Shown here piece after piece: positions 47,607 to 61,100 of a stretch of 64,000 nt of DNA. The notes beneath the pieces are model-generated. The model had not been told where the DNA came from, did not search any database, and saw only the letters and a list, made by a program, of their open reading frames with translations. How positions within the stretch are numbered: the first letter of the stretch is position 1; each line of letters starts with the position of its first letter. Source of the stretch: Octopus sinensis (lineage: Eukaryota); NCBI RefSeq assembly GCF_006345805.1, contig NC_043026.1, positions 4,774,001 to 4,838,000 of the forward strand, written 5' to 3'. The translations under genes and the position numbers were made by a program.

Positions 47607-50256
47607 ATTCCCTCTCTTCTTTTCAATATCAACTTCAACATTTTATTTCCCTTTTACATAAACATGTATATATTATGTGTGTGTGTGTTTATATAGTGTA
47701 CATGTATATACTCTCTCTTTTACACTTTTACCTGTTTCAGTCATTTGACTGCGGCCATGCTGGAGCACCGCCTTTAGTCAAGCAAATCGACCCTGCGACT
47801 TATTCTTTGTTAGCCTAGTACTTATTCTATCGATCTCTTTTGCTGAACCGCTAAGTGATGGGGACGTAAACACACCAGCATCGGTTGTCAAGCAATGCTA
47901 GGAGGACAAACACAGACACACAAACATACACATACACACATACATATATATACATATATACGACAGGCTTCTTTGAGTTTCCTTCTACCAAATCCACACA
48001 TAAGGCTTTGGTCGGCCCGAGGCTATAGTAGAAGACACTTGCCCAAGATGCCACGCAGTGGAACTGAACCCGGAACCATGTGGGTGGTAAGCAAGCTACT
48101 TACCACACAGCCACTCTAGCGCCTGTATGTATATATATATATATTCTTTTATTCTTGTACTTGTTTCAATCATTTCACTGTGGCCATACTGGAGCACCAC
48201 CTTTAGTCGAGCAAATCGACCCCAGGACTTATTCTTTGTAAGCCTAGTATTTATTCTATTGGTGTCTTTTGCTGAACTTTTAAGTTACAGGGATGTAAAC
48301 ACACCAACATCGGTTGTCAAGCAATGTTAGTGGGACAAAAATAAAGACACAATTACGTACCTATTTGATTTCTTAGCTTATATTTCTGTAAAATTGATTT
48401 AGAAATTTTGAATTTTCCATGAAACATTAAATCTAAACCCTTTTGTCATTAAATATAATTTATATTTTCTTTCTTTAGAATTCATCAAATATTTTTGAAA
48501 TTGTTTCAAAAAAATATAAACTTTCTCTTCTTGTAAAAGAATTTGAAATCCTGGACACATTTTTTATAGTTTATAAAATGGTTGGAGGAAATTAGCACAA
48601 ACGTGAAGAGTGTGCGTATATATGTATGTATACAAGTGTGTATCTCTCTCTCTCTCTCTCACTTTATATATATATATATATATATTCTTTCCATCATTTA
48701 ATCATTAGTACTTACTGTTTAATTAAAATATCAACTCCATTTCCTAATTTAGCTGATCCACAAATAGATTCAGTTAAAATATTTACCGGACTTAAAAAGA
48801 AATGCTGGTGCTAATACAATCAGTTAAATATATAAAAGCAATGCTCCATCATGGCCATGGTTCAATAACTAAAGGAGTAAAACACATCAGCCACACATTA
48901 CATACATAACTTGAAATCTTTCTACTTCACCACGACCACCACCATTTAGTCTGTTAACCTATCTCTATAAATGACACAGCCTCTCTTCAATTATTATTCA
49001 TGTCTTTCTCATCCACAAATCTACACTTAAAAAAAACACCCATCACTATTCTATTTCTCAACCAAGCTGATAATTCCACAGAAATCTCCAAGAATATTTC
49101 TAAATTTACCAAATTATAACATAGATTATTCCTTCAAATACAATATTTAAATGTAATTTATAAAAATATATCAAAACTATAATCTTTTTAAATTTAATAG
49201 GATGTTAACTTTTATAATGTCAGAATACAATTTATAAAGTTGAAATATTAGAATTATTTTTATAAAAATTATATTTGAAATGTAACAAATATATTTGTTT
49301 AAAATAAATTAAAATTATGGCTTCTGTTGATGAAAGTTAATTCTTATCTAGTCACCCTATAGTCAGACATTCTAGCCATGACCTCACCAATGTGTTATTA
49401 TCTAATATGTTTTTAAGGGCATTTTTGGGGGACTTTGTTGTTAGTTTGTAATAGAGTTTATATTAAATGCAGACAGTGTGAAATATTTCCCAGAAGCCAT
49501 CCATCTGATAAATAATATTGAAGATGGTGAGAAAACATATTTAATGCATTGCACATTAAAATGTTGATGTAGGATAAAGATGTGCTGAGAGAGAAAATAT
49601 ATGTTGTCACCAAATTGTTTAATATTTAAACAATTCTTCTTGTTTGCTTCAAGATATAAAAATAGAAATGAAATCACCAGAACAATTCCATTTATATACA
49701 AAGTTTAATATTGAAATAAAAAATCAGTTTTAAAAAATTTCATTGATTGAAAAAAGAAAAAGATCAATTAGTAGAGTCGTTAGAACATATGGACTTAATA
49801 CCTTGTGGTATTTATTCTCTTTGTCTGCTGAATTCAAATCCTGCCGAGATTAATTTTAATTTTTATTATGCTAGTGTCAATAATTAAAATGTCAATCTGA
49901 GGTGGTGGTCTGATGGAATTATATATTTGACAATATTCCTTGTAGTATTTAACCCTTTCGCTACTTTATTTATTTTGAGATGATCTGTGTTTCTTTTAAT
50001 TACTTTTGATATAACAAAGAAGTTAGTAAAATAAATTCGTTATTATGAAGTTAGAGTTAGGAACATAAATTGTGACTAAGTTTTGGTGGAAGATTTTAAT
50101 TTAAAACTTATGAAAATAAGACATTTGTACTCAGAGCCAGTTTCAGCTGGGTTTCTATTGAAAGGGTTTATGTAGTTCTTTGTGATCTGAGTTCAAATCC
50201 TTTTGTTGCTGCCCTGGGTTTCAGACTTAATCTATAACCTTTTTCAACACCATCAC

Positions 50257-50345
50257 CTGGCCCTTTTAGCAGAGGATTTCTCTGATGTATATTAGGTCTC
50301 TTGTTTTGAGAATGTCTTTCTTCCATTCCCGGACTCTTGAAGACC
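50257..50345 (-). CDS. Predicted exon 2 (start-codon exon) of the propeller gene: MEERHSQNKRPNIHQRNPLLKGP
   Basis: Acceptor CCCTTTATATTTCCAG|, ATG at 50326, donor CAG|GTGATG in phase 1, matching the phase-1 acceptor at 43079. Confidence 0.45.
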
Positions 50346-50788
50346 CTGGAAATATAAAGGGCCATCGGCAAGGCCCTTCTCCCTTGACTAAACTTTGAAA
50401 AACATTAAATTTACTAAAAACAATTTAACATCCATATAATTGATTTACAAAATTTAAATTTCACTTGAGAATTAGAAATCTACTGGAAACAACTTAAAAT
50501 GCTGTATCCTTAGATGAACATTTCCATTTCCTTAATTTCCATCAAATAGTTTTGACCTTGTCATAACCAAACTATCCTTTATATTATATTCTGGAAATGA
50601 AATGTTTTGCTTATAATGTAACTCTGTGAAATGTTTGAACAGTTTCTAGTATGAAAAATACTGCCTGAAAATAAAACAATTTTCAACATAACAGCATAAT
50701 TATGTTTGAAATAGTTGTAAGGAATATTTCACACTGTAAATGTGTTAATGAAGTTGTTAATGAAGATAATTATCATAAAAGTACTTAC

Positions 50789-50920
50789 TTGAGTCAATAA
50801 TTGCGTTTGAATTTCAGCCTGAAGTCTTTCTGTCTGTGAGTTCAGTTGAAAGAACGGGCAAAATGTGATGATCCCTACTGATGAGGCTTATTTATAAATA
50901 GCGGGAAGAAGTGGGCGTTA
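50789..50920 (-). promoter_or_regulatory. TATA + Inr core promoter and 78-nt non-coding exon 1 (50866-50789)
   Basis: TATAAATAAG starts at 50896. Inr TCACATT has its A at 50866, exactly 30 nt downstream. Perfect donor CAA|GTAAGT at 50788. Upstream are TTCCCGC and the palindrome GGCGTTAACGCC. Confidence 0.65.
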
Positions 50921-52286
50921 ACGCCTCGTGTGTGTGTGTGTGTGTGTGTAGTGTGAAATTTGCACACAAGCTGTTATGTATTTGATCACGTAGACAAATG
51001 ATAAAGCCTAGACATGTCCTACATGTGTGTCTCTATATTATGTCTATATATATATATACTCGTATATATGGATGTGTGTGTGTGTGCTAGGTTCCCACTA
51101 CAGGGAAAAAGGGATAAATACTTGCAAACACACACACACACACATATAAATGTATATACAATTATTTCTGTGTGCATAGATAGATGCGTATTTACATATA
51201 TATATAAATATAATACATACACATATATATATAATATATTTAGTGTGTGTGTGTGTATTGTATCTGCCTCCAGTCTAGTGATTAAGCAACTGCTATAATT
51301 AACAGTATTACTAATTACGACATACAAAGCAAATACACTGAGAAACTATTTATATATATATATATACACATACACACAAAACTATATATGCAGACGTGTG
51401 TGTGTTTGTGTGTGTGCATACTTACATATACATAGATAGTCACACACACACACACACACACATGTACTGAAGAGCCTTGTGGTTTGCTAGAAGCCTTGTC
51501 ATTGGAGACTGACAGCTTCTTACGATGTAGAAAGGCAAAAGTCATCTTTTTATATTTCGGGAAATATGTAAATGTTACTTAACTGACCCTTTCCACATTG
51601 GAAGGGGCTCTCCATCTTCATCATTTTATTAGTTTCATATGTGTGCGTGTGTGTTCAGCTTCATTTATATATCATCATCATCATCATCTTCATCACTGTA
51701 CATATTTGTTTTGTCCATTTGTATGGATTGGAGGGTCAGCGGTTCTCTCCCAGATGGGTCTCAGGATGTCATTTAGCGTTTAATATTTATTTTGGGTTTC
51801 GTTTCTATGGTGTGTTGTCCTTCCTAACATCAACTGTCTTACAGTGTCCTTGGTGCCTTCTTGTTCTGGATCCAGCCCAGGAGGGGATTAGAAGTGAGAA
51901 AGAGCGAGATATAAGGCATCTCAATAAATGATGAGAGTGAATGGTTGATGTCAATATCAAATGGACATTGGTGGGAGCGAGTGTATGGGGTACATGTACA
52001 TCTGATGAGCTCCCTTATATGTGGACCCCAAACAGTACCAGAAGACTGATGTGCATGAGAGGGGTGTTGGGTGGGGGTGATATATGTCTTTTGGCTCTCT
52101 TGTTACAATGGAATTAATGTAGAGGGAGCCATCGGAAAGATCCAGTGCTATCGTTAGTCACATCAATATGAGAGAAGAGGAAAGGGGCAGAAATGGAGAT
52201 GAATAGGGGTATGTGATTGGAGAGGGGAGTGGTAGAATGGGTAGTAGACCACTGATGGGGTGGGGGTATCTATATATGTGTATAAG

Positions 52287-52515
52287 GCGGTGAGCTGGCA
52301 GAAACGTTAGCGTGCCGGGCGACCTGCGTAGCCGTATTTCGTCTGTCGTTACGTTCCGAGTTCAAATTCCGCCGAGGTTGACTTTGCCTTTCATCCTTTC
52401 GGGGTCGATAAATTAAGTACCAGTTACGCACTGGGGTCGATGTAATCGACTTAATCCCTTTGTCTGTCCTTGTTTGTCCCCTCTGTGTTTAGCCCCTTGT
52501 GGGTAGTAAAGAAAT
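52287..52515 (+). mobile_element. Near-intact tRNA-derived SINE, family A
   Basis: A-box-like GGCGGTGAGCTGGCAGAA, B-box GAGTTCAAATTCC, core GACTTTGCCTTTCATCCTTTCGGGGTCGATAAATTAAGTACC, and a 3-prime tail. Confidence 0.85.
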
Positions 52516-52931
52516 ATATATATGTGTATAAATTACATATACATGCATACATTGTTCAATTTATTGTTTTGTTTTTTCATTTCAGATTTATATTTATATG
52601 TATGTATCTATATATATAAATATATATATTGTGCCCTTGCTGGGGCACTGCCCTGAAACGTTTTAAACACATGAATTGACCTCATTTAAAAAAAAATATT
52701 GATATTTATTTTATTGATTTTTTTTTGATGAACCACTGGGTTACAGGAATGTAAACACACACCAGTTGTCAAGCGATTGTGGGGAAGAAATACTCACAAA
52801 GATCTATGCATTTAGATGTATGTATACATATGATGGGCTTCTTTCAGTTTCCATCTACAAAATCCTCTCACAAAATTTTGGTGGGCGTGAGACTGTAGTA
52901 GAAGACACTTGCCCATGGTGGCACACTGTGG

Positions 52932-53031
52932 NNNNNNNNNNNNNNNNNNNNNNNNNNNNNNNNNNNNNNNNNNNNNNNNNNNNNNNNNNNNNNNNNNNNN
53001 NNNNNNNNNNNNNNNNNNNNNNNNNNNNNNN
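52932..53031. other. Assembly gap (100 N)
   Basis: Run of N; duplicate copy B starts immediately after it. Confidence 1.
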
Positions 53032-55047
53032 TTCTCAGCCTTTTTACTAGACTTCAAGGCACTTGGCTACTGTTTCTAGCGCGGGCAGGTAGGAACCGAT
53101 GGAGGGTACACGCGTCCTTGTTTCCCGGCCCTCAACATTTAGGATAGGAATAAACAAAAGAAGCTCCGGAATAACATATTTGTTAAGAAATGGAAAGACA
53201 GTTTGTTTCATATGAGAAACAATGCAATTCTGTGGGTATTTAGTTGTTGTTTCTAGCATGATGTGAGTCTACTTATAGGATAATATTTTATAATTATTCT
53301 AAAAGTGTCCTTCATATTTATACACATAAACACTACACGGAAATTGAAAGGTTCTTGTTTGTTATGTCTACCATGATGTGAGACCCCACCTGTAGTACAA
53401 TATTCTTACAGATGCTTCGTCCTCAAGTGTCCTTCAATTTTATACATCACATCACAGATTTAAGGCCATGTGGTTGCTATTTCTCGCAATATGTGGGACC
53501 ATATATTTAGAGATGGTTAAGTGTCCTATTTTCATACGAGAAATCGAAACCAATTTGAAGGCTCTTGCTTAATGTAGTCTAGCATGAAGAATGACCATAT
53601 ATGGCACAAATTCTTAAGGTGTCCTTCCAATTTGTATAAAAATAAACGCAAATTTTAGGGTAGTTGACTGTTATTCCTACGTGACGCAAAATCACATGTC
53701 GGAATTTCTTTCCGTAAAATTTCTTAAATTCTTGTTCAATACCCACAGTATTTAATTATATGAATTATGAACTACAAAATTAATTAATTTTCTTTCGAAT
53801 CCAAATTTATAACTGTTTGAAGGGAGGTAATTCTATACCTTTCGAAGACAGTTGTAGCCTCCCTTGGAACTACAAGATTTTTGACTGGGCGGTACTCTGT
53901 GTGTGTGTGTGTGTAACATTCGTGGTGGGAGGGAAGAAGAGAGGGAAAAGAAAAATATGTTAGAGAGGGATAGCGAGAGGGGGAGGGACATAAGATGAAA
54001 GAAAAATGTTTAGTAAAAGAGAGAGAAAAGCTGAGAGAGAGAGAGAGAGAGAGCTAATGATAAAGAGAGTGAGAAAAAGCAAGAGAGGTGGAGTAAAGTC
54101 GGGAGAGAGAGAGAGAGAGAGAGAGATTATGTGTGTTCGCCATCTAAATATTGCATAAGGGGAAGAACAACACAAATTTGTGACGACTTAGCTGTTATTT
54201 CCAGCATTATATGAAACCATATATGAAAAAAGTATCTTTATGGAATGCCTTTTACGGGGGTCGGCTGAAAGGTCCATAGGCTGACCAAGATTCTCTCACG
54301 GAAGGTGACCAAATGGGGTTTATTTTCCGATATAGTCCCCCCTTGAGGTCCCCACATTTCTTCTAAACAAAACTAGAACAAAGATCACTTTTCTCTCTGA
54401 CTCCCTTCTTCCTTTCTTTATCCTTTTTTTTTCTCTTTTCTTTCTCTCTCTTACCTTCTCTCATCCCTTTGGTGTTGCAGTGCTTGGCTCCGTTTGCTGA
54501 AGAAGCGCTCATCCTGTTGAGCAACAACAACAAAAAAAGGCATCGACAGAAGATATGACATCATCATCACTGCGATACTGGTTCCCAGCCAAATGTTACT
54601 ATGGGGCCAAATCCGGAGAATAGGGAGGGCGATTAACCTGTTCAAAGCCACAGTCACGCTCGGCAACCACTGAAACGAAGGACTTGTGTGCTGGAGCATT
54701 GTCTTGATGAAACAATTCCCCATTCTTCAGTTTTCCTTGGCGTTTGGTCTTGAGAGCATTCCACAACTGCCTCAGGAAGTTGGCAAAGCACTCTCCATTG
54801 GTGGTTTTTGGCCCTTATTCCTCCGCCACCTTCTTTTAAAATCATAAAATGGCATCTGGAAATTGGTCCCTTGGAAAAACTACAAACAGCAAACCATCCC
54901 GAAATATTAAAATGAAATCCATCTTACAGAAAAAAACTAAACAAAACAAGAAAAAAGATCGCTTGTCTCTCTATCTCCCTTCTTCCTTTCTTTATCCCTT
55001 TTTTCTCTTTTCTCTTCTTTCTCTCATCGCATCTTTTCTCTTTTTCT

Positions 55048-55131
<84 letters not shown>

Positions 55132-58100
55132 CAAAGCAAAACAGATTTCAACAAAAGACAAAGTTTCCTGTAAAACTCAAATCTGACAACTTCCAATGAA
55201 TGAGATGAAAACACTTATAACGAATTATCCAAAATTCTCACAACTCCTTTCTTTAAAGCATAAAATCTGTACATCACTACAAATAGTCTATCTATTATCT
55301 ATCGATCTATCTATCTGTCTATCTACCTATCGATATATCTATCTGTCTCTCTCTCTATCTCATCTATCTGTGTCTGTCTGTGTGTGATATATGCTGTCTT
55401 GACCGAGCTAATTTTCTGTTAATGGTATATGAATGGTTATCTCCCTTTAGTTGAATGTCTGCGTTAATCCATCCGTGTGCGTAGTTAGGTGGGTAGGTAT
55501 GTGTATACAGGGGTTGATGAAAAGTACCCGGCATGACCACTGCTGCAGAGGACTGGCTAGAGACCGAACCAGCTGTGTTCTTTTTCCCAGGGCTTAGAAA
55601 AACTGAAGGGCCACTGCAACAAGTGTGTGAATGTGAGAGGGGAGAATATGTTGAATAGAATGCTAATGAAGTGATTCGTCTCTATTTTGTTTTACCTGAA
55701 GCCAGAAACATTTCAATACTCCCTCGTCTGTAGACACACATACACACGCATGCACACATACACAAACGCATACATATACACGCACATGACAGGTGGACCC
55801 TTTCAGGCTGACCCGAACAGTGTTGGGACATGGGAGGACCAAATCAGGGAAATGGACCAGCTCCAGAGAAGAGGCAGAACCTTTTCTGGGTGGAGGGGGA
55901 GAGATCTACAACCATAACCTCAGAAATCAAGCTCCTAATGTTAACCCAAAAGTCTGTAGAGCTGAAATACCAGGAAATGAGTTCAACGTCAGTTGTCCAT
56001 TCTGGAAAGAAGTGGGACGAGTGGTTGTGAAAGGGGCCAGATCAGGATCAGCTCCTGTCCAAGTGGTGTACCTTATAAAGTATACAAGAAATGCCCATGG
56101 CTCCTTCAGAGGCTGTGGACACTATTCTGAAAGATCTGGACAAATGGTATCATTCCACCGAAAGGAAGTTTTGTGCTGCCAAAGGAAGAAAACTCATCAG
56201 CCATTAACAAATTCAGGACCATTCTCCTTCCTGAGTGTTGAGGGAAAAACCTTCTGTACTGACCAAAAAAGGGTGACCTCATACAATGAGTATATAAACA
56301 CCTCTATCCAGAAAGGTAGGGGTCTCAGGTTTCTCGGGCTGTCTGGAACACAACCAGCTGATTCGGGAGGCCAAAAGAAGTAAAGGTGACATGACAGTGG
56401 TTTGGCTGGATCTGGAAAATGCATGTGGATCAATTCCTCACAGCCTCATATATGCAGCCCTTGACTGTTACCATATTCCTCACCTGTTGAGGGAATAATC
56501 AGCAATCACTTTGGAGACATCAAGTTATGTTTCAGAACAGCCCACTTCACAAGTCAGTGGCAAGACCTTGAGAAAGGAATCATAACTGGTTGCACAATCT
56601 CCCTCATTCTTTTCATCATGGCTGTGAATCTCCTCATGTCAGCTGCTGAAAATGAAGGCCAAGGACCAACAATGGAATCAGGCAGCTGTCAGCAGCCAAT
56701 AAGGGGTTTCATGGATGGTATCACAGTAACAACTACAACCCATGTGGAGGCAGAAATGGTGCTGACCTCATTTGAACACATGGTAATATTCGTTAGAAAG
56801 AAAGTTTAAGTCTCCCAAATATAGGGGTATGGTAACCAGAGGAGGTAAAGTAACAAACAAAATTAAGCTACAAGTGCAAGGAGAAGCCATACCATCAACA
56901 GAGGAAAATCTGATTAAATGTCTTGGAAAGATGTTTTAGAAGTCGCTCTGTCAGAAGCAATGTCACCATTTATGTGAAGCAAGCAGAAGAGTGGCTGAGG
57001 AGGACTGAAAGATCAGGGTTTCCAGAAAAATACAGGGCATGGCTCTACCGACACGGACTAGGGTGGAAAGGAAGGTAAATAAATACCTCCAAAGATGGCA
57101 AGACGTTCCCTCAAGCTTCACTTCAATAGGTCTGTACATAAGATCTGAACAATCACAACTTCCCCTGTCATCTGTTGCGGAGGAATTCAAAGTAGTAAAA
57201 TGTCATGTTGTAATGATGTTCAGGGAGTTGAAGAATGAGCTTGTCAGACATGCAAATATTACGACAAGATCTGGGTGAAAGTGGGTAGCTAGCACTATGA
57301 AATCTGGCAGTATGTATAATACTACTGCTGGGTGGCACTGGGTAAAATCTGAAAGTGGATGAGCTTCATACTGTTCTCTACTACGTCCCTAACAGAATAT
57401 ACCATAACTAAAGATATATATATATATATATATACACACATTATTTACAATGCCCGATAGAGCTCCTACAGAAAATTTGTCTCTTAGGGAGAGCAAGGAT
57501 TATCAGGAGGGTCCCAAACTCTTGAAAGACTGCTGAAAACTTGAGGATACCTAAGGTCACAGGTAGTAACCATAGTAACCATAGCATATCATAAAAACCC
57601 ATGTAATTTATGCACTTTTTTTCTCGCAAAAATGAAAATAAATTTTAGGGGCTGCATGAATTACATGAGTAGATTGTTTCCAGGATTTATTTTGAAATTT
57701 CTTTTATTGGAAAAAGATGTACGAAACGTAAACATTTGTTCCGGAAGTTGACTCATTTAATGTCAGAATAGTTTTTTACAGAGAAAATAATGGCTTAAAT
57801 ACGCATAATGAAGTTGACTTCTGTTTATGCTGGACGGTGGTAGTATAATGCTACTTTTTCTGTATAAATTTACTAAAACCATTAAATGGTTAACTAGTTT
57901 TTGAAGTCTGACGTTCATGCTGGTAAACACGGTCCAGGCCATATTTTACATTGCTTGGAGCTTCTATCTATCGCAATGGAGCACATATTTATTTTCTCCT
58001 TCACAGCAAACGATTCATAAGTTCTGCCCATACTGACAATAAAAGTAATGACAAATGTTTAAGTTTGCTTGACATTTTATAAGTGTGAAAGGGATTAAAA

Positions 58101-61100
58101 TTTCGATCCTCCATATCAAAGGTTCTGACTAGACTCTGCAGAAAAGAATTCTGTTTCCATCATCAGTTTGATTGGTCACCTTCCTTTGTCGGTTGAGTAA
58201 AGTGTCATCCAAGCTGATGTTTATTGCTAATTAAACTTAATTTGCAACACTTTATCCGCTTTGTTTTTGTTGATAATTCTTATCAAAAACTTTTCCTGTG
58301 ATCCTGATTTGAGAAGACATACAAAAGTATGCTAAAGATCGGACATAATCTCTCGTGGCCAAGAAATGTAAAATAAAGTTTATTATAAACAACACAAATA
58401 CTTTGTAATTTAACAGATTTCAATGTGATACCTGTTAATTAGAAATTATTTTTATTTAAAGAAAATTTAATAAAATCTAATCATGAGTGAAATTATGCTA
58501 AATACAACTAAATTGAAAACCTTTTACCCCTGGCCATATTGGTAATTCTGAAAACTTTTGGGTGCTTTTTTTAACAATTTTTATCCTGGAAATCACCTGC
58601 ATAAATTACACAGGTGCACAAATTACATGGGTTTTTACGGTAATAATTTTACCTTGTCCTTACCCTTAGTGCTGAAGAGTGCAGTTCATTTTTAACAGCT
58701 ATTTTTTCAAAGTTATAATGGAAGTGACAAAGGAGCATATTCGGCATATTTTGTTTTATGAGTTCAATCAAGGCAACAACACAACGGAAAATGCGAGGGA
58801 TATTAATGCAGTGTATGGGGATTGGACAATAAGTGTAAGCCAGTGTCAACGGTGGTTCCAGAAATTCCGAGTCAGAAACTATAGCCTAGAAGACGAGTTT
58901 TGTCCTGGAAGATCTGTAGAGCTTGATGAGGACATCCTGCAAACCCTAGTGGAACAAAATCCCATTGTAACTGTTGAGGAGCTAGCAGAAACTTGGATTT
59001 GGTTACTCAACCATTCATCAACACCTGCGTGCCATTGAAAAAGTCAACAAATAGAGTCAATGGGTTCCTCACAAATTTTCCAAGTCTAATTGCACGCAGT
59101 GAGTGAATGTGTGCTCTTCTTTGCTGTCACATCTCACGAATAAACCATTTTTGGACTGAATAGTGACTGGAGATGAGAAATGGGTTCTCTATAAAAATGT
59201 CTATAAAATAATGCCAAATCTGCGAAATCCATAGTTTACTGATTGGATCAACATATGATTTGATTCGATGTTCTACATGTAAAAATGACACAAAAATAAT
59301 TTAAGAATAAACCAGCTTTATTTAGATTTCATAACGTCTTCAGAGAGAAATGATGTAAAAAGTAAAGATTATAGGCCACACAGTGAAGAAGATAAGTGAT
59401 TGAGAAGACAGAGGGACAGATTCGGAGATAGAAAGACAGACAGGCTCTGACATACAGACAGATGGCTACAGTAGACAGGAGAGGGACAACACAAGCGACA
59501 TGATGTTGGAAAATTTGCAGGAACAGGTGGGGAAGAGTGGGGCAGGCATGATGGAATACATACAAGCGTAGTGAATAAAGGATTTTTATTAGAAACTAGA
59601 ATGACCTGACATTTATTGATGTAAATTATAGGCCACGCAGTCAAGACGATATATAATTGAGAAGGCAGAAAGACAGACAGACAGACACTGACAAATAGAT
59701 TCTCAGATCGGACTGAGACAAACAGACTGAGGGAGAGATAGAGAAACTGAGAGGAGAGTAGTAAAGCTGTGACAGCTGAATTGAGAAGAGGAGGGAAGGA
59801 TCATGAGGAATCTCATGGAAAGAGATAAACATAGGGGTGATGAGGTGTTAGAGTTTGACCTTCAAAGTACAAGAATGAGTGGGGCAGAGGGAAGAAAAGT
59901 GTGGGACAGTTGGTGGAGGGGTGGGCGATTGTGGAAGGGTGAAGAGATGGCAAGTAGGCAACCTGCAATGATGCAAGACACATAGGGGAGTAGGAAGTGA
60001 CTGAGAATTCAAAGCAGCAGAGAAGAGTAATGATGACACAGTAGACAGGAGAGGGACAACAGAAGCGACATGATGTTGGATAATTTACAGGAACAGGTGG
60101 GGAAGAAGAGGGGGAGGCATGATGGAATACATACAAGCGTAGTGAATAAAGGATTTTTATTAGAAATACTACAGCAGTAAGTTACCACAATTATGTCGAC
60201 ACAGTAGTAGTTATATGTAAAATAATAGCATTATATTTTCTTTCCTTTGAGAATGCATTGATGATTATATAAGTTATCATAGAATGAACTGTGACAAACA
60301 CTGCATCTTGGTTTTACAGCACATGTATGGCATGCCCTGCCTATGGAATGTAAAAGGTGATTAAACAGCTGGCATCAGGAAAAGCATTTAGCTTTTAAAG
60401 ATTATTTCAAAATGGGGAAACAAAATGAGATGAGTGATTAGGAAAGGTCGAGGGTAGATATTGCTTCAGCGAATAAAAAAATTGTCTTGAGAGGTTTATC
60501 ATTGTGTGAGTTAACGAATTTGGACCAATAATACAGTTGTACTTCCTAAGTGAATAGCTAAATGGGGAGATACATATCCAACACACTGATATAGTTAATC
60601 CCCTGTATGGGTCCGTTTGTGTTTAGTTAAGTTACCAGCCTGTGAGAATGATTTACCACAGACATCACAGTGATATGGCTTCAGACCCATATGAATACGT
60701 TTATGATTAGTGAGACCATCATTCCTAGAGAATGATTTACTGCAGATGTCACAGTGATATGGTTTCTCTCCTGTATGAGTACGTTTATGTTTAGTCAATT
60801 GACCAGATTCAGAAAAATATTTACCACAGATATCACAGTGATATGGTCTTTCTCCTGTATGAGTACGTTTGTGGTAAGTCAAGTGAACAGATTCAGAGAA
60901 TGATTTACCACAGATATCACAATGATGTGGTTTCTCTCCTGTGTGAACACGTTTATGACTAGTGACACCATCATTCCTAGAGAATGATTCACCACAGATG
61001 TCACACTGATTTGGTTTCTCACCTGTATGAATACGGATGTGCCTTGTTAAGTTGTGAGAGTCAGTGAATGATTTACCACAGATATCACAGTGATAAGGAT

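Noticed and set aside
49441-49701. 86-aa ORF with a good phase-1 acceptor (CTTGAAG|CAAAC)
   Set aside because: No clear donor before the stop and no recognisable homology. It could be an alternative terminal exon but is unsupported without RNA data.
50878-50910. CTGATGAG + hairpin on the plus strand resembling a hammerhead
   Set aside because: No GAAA after the stem; better explained as the antisense of the TATA-Inr promoter.
52002-52045. CTGATGAGCTCC..GGACCCCAAACAGTA hammerhead look-alike
   Set aside because: G12 is replaced by C, helix I is not complementary and helix III cannot close.
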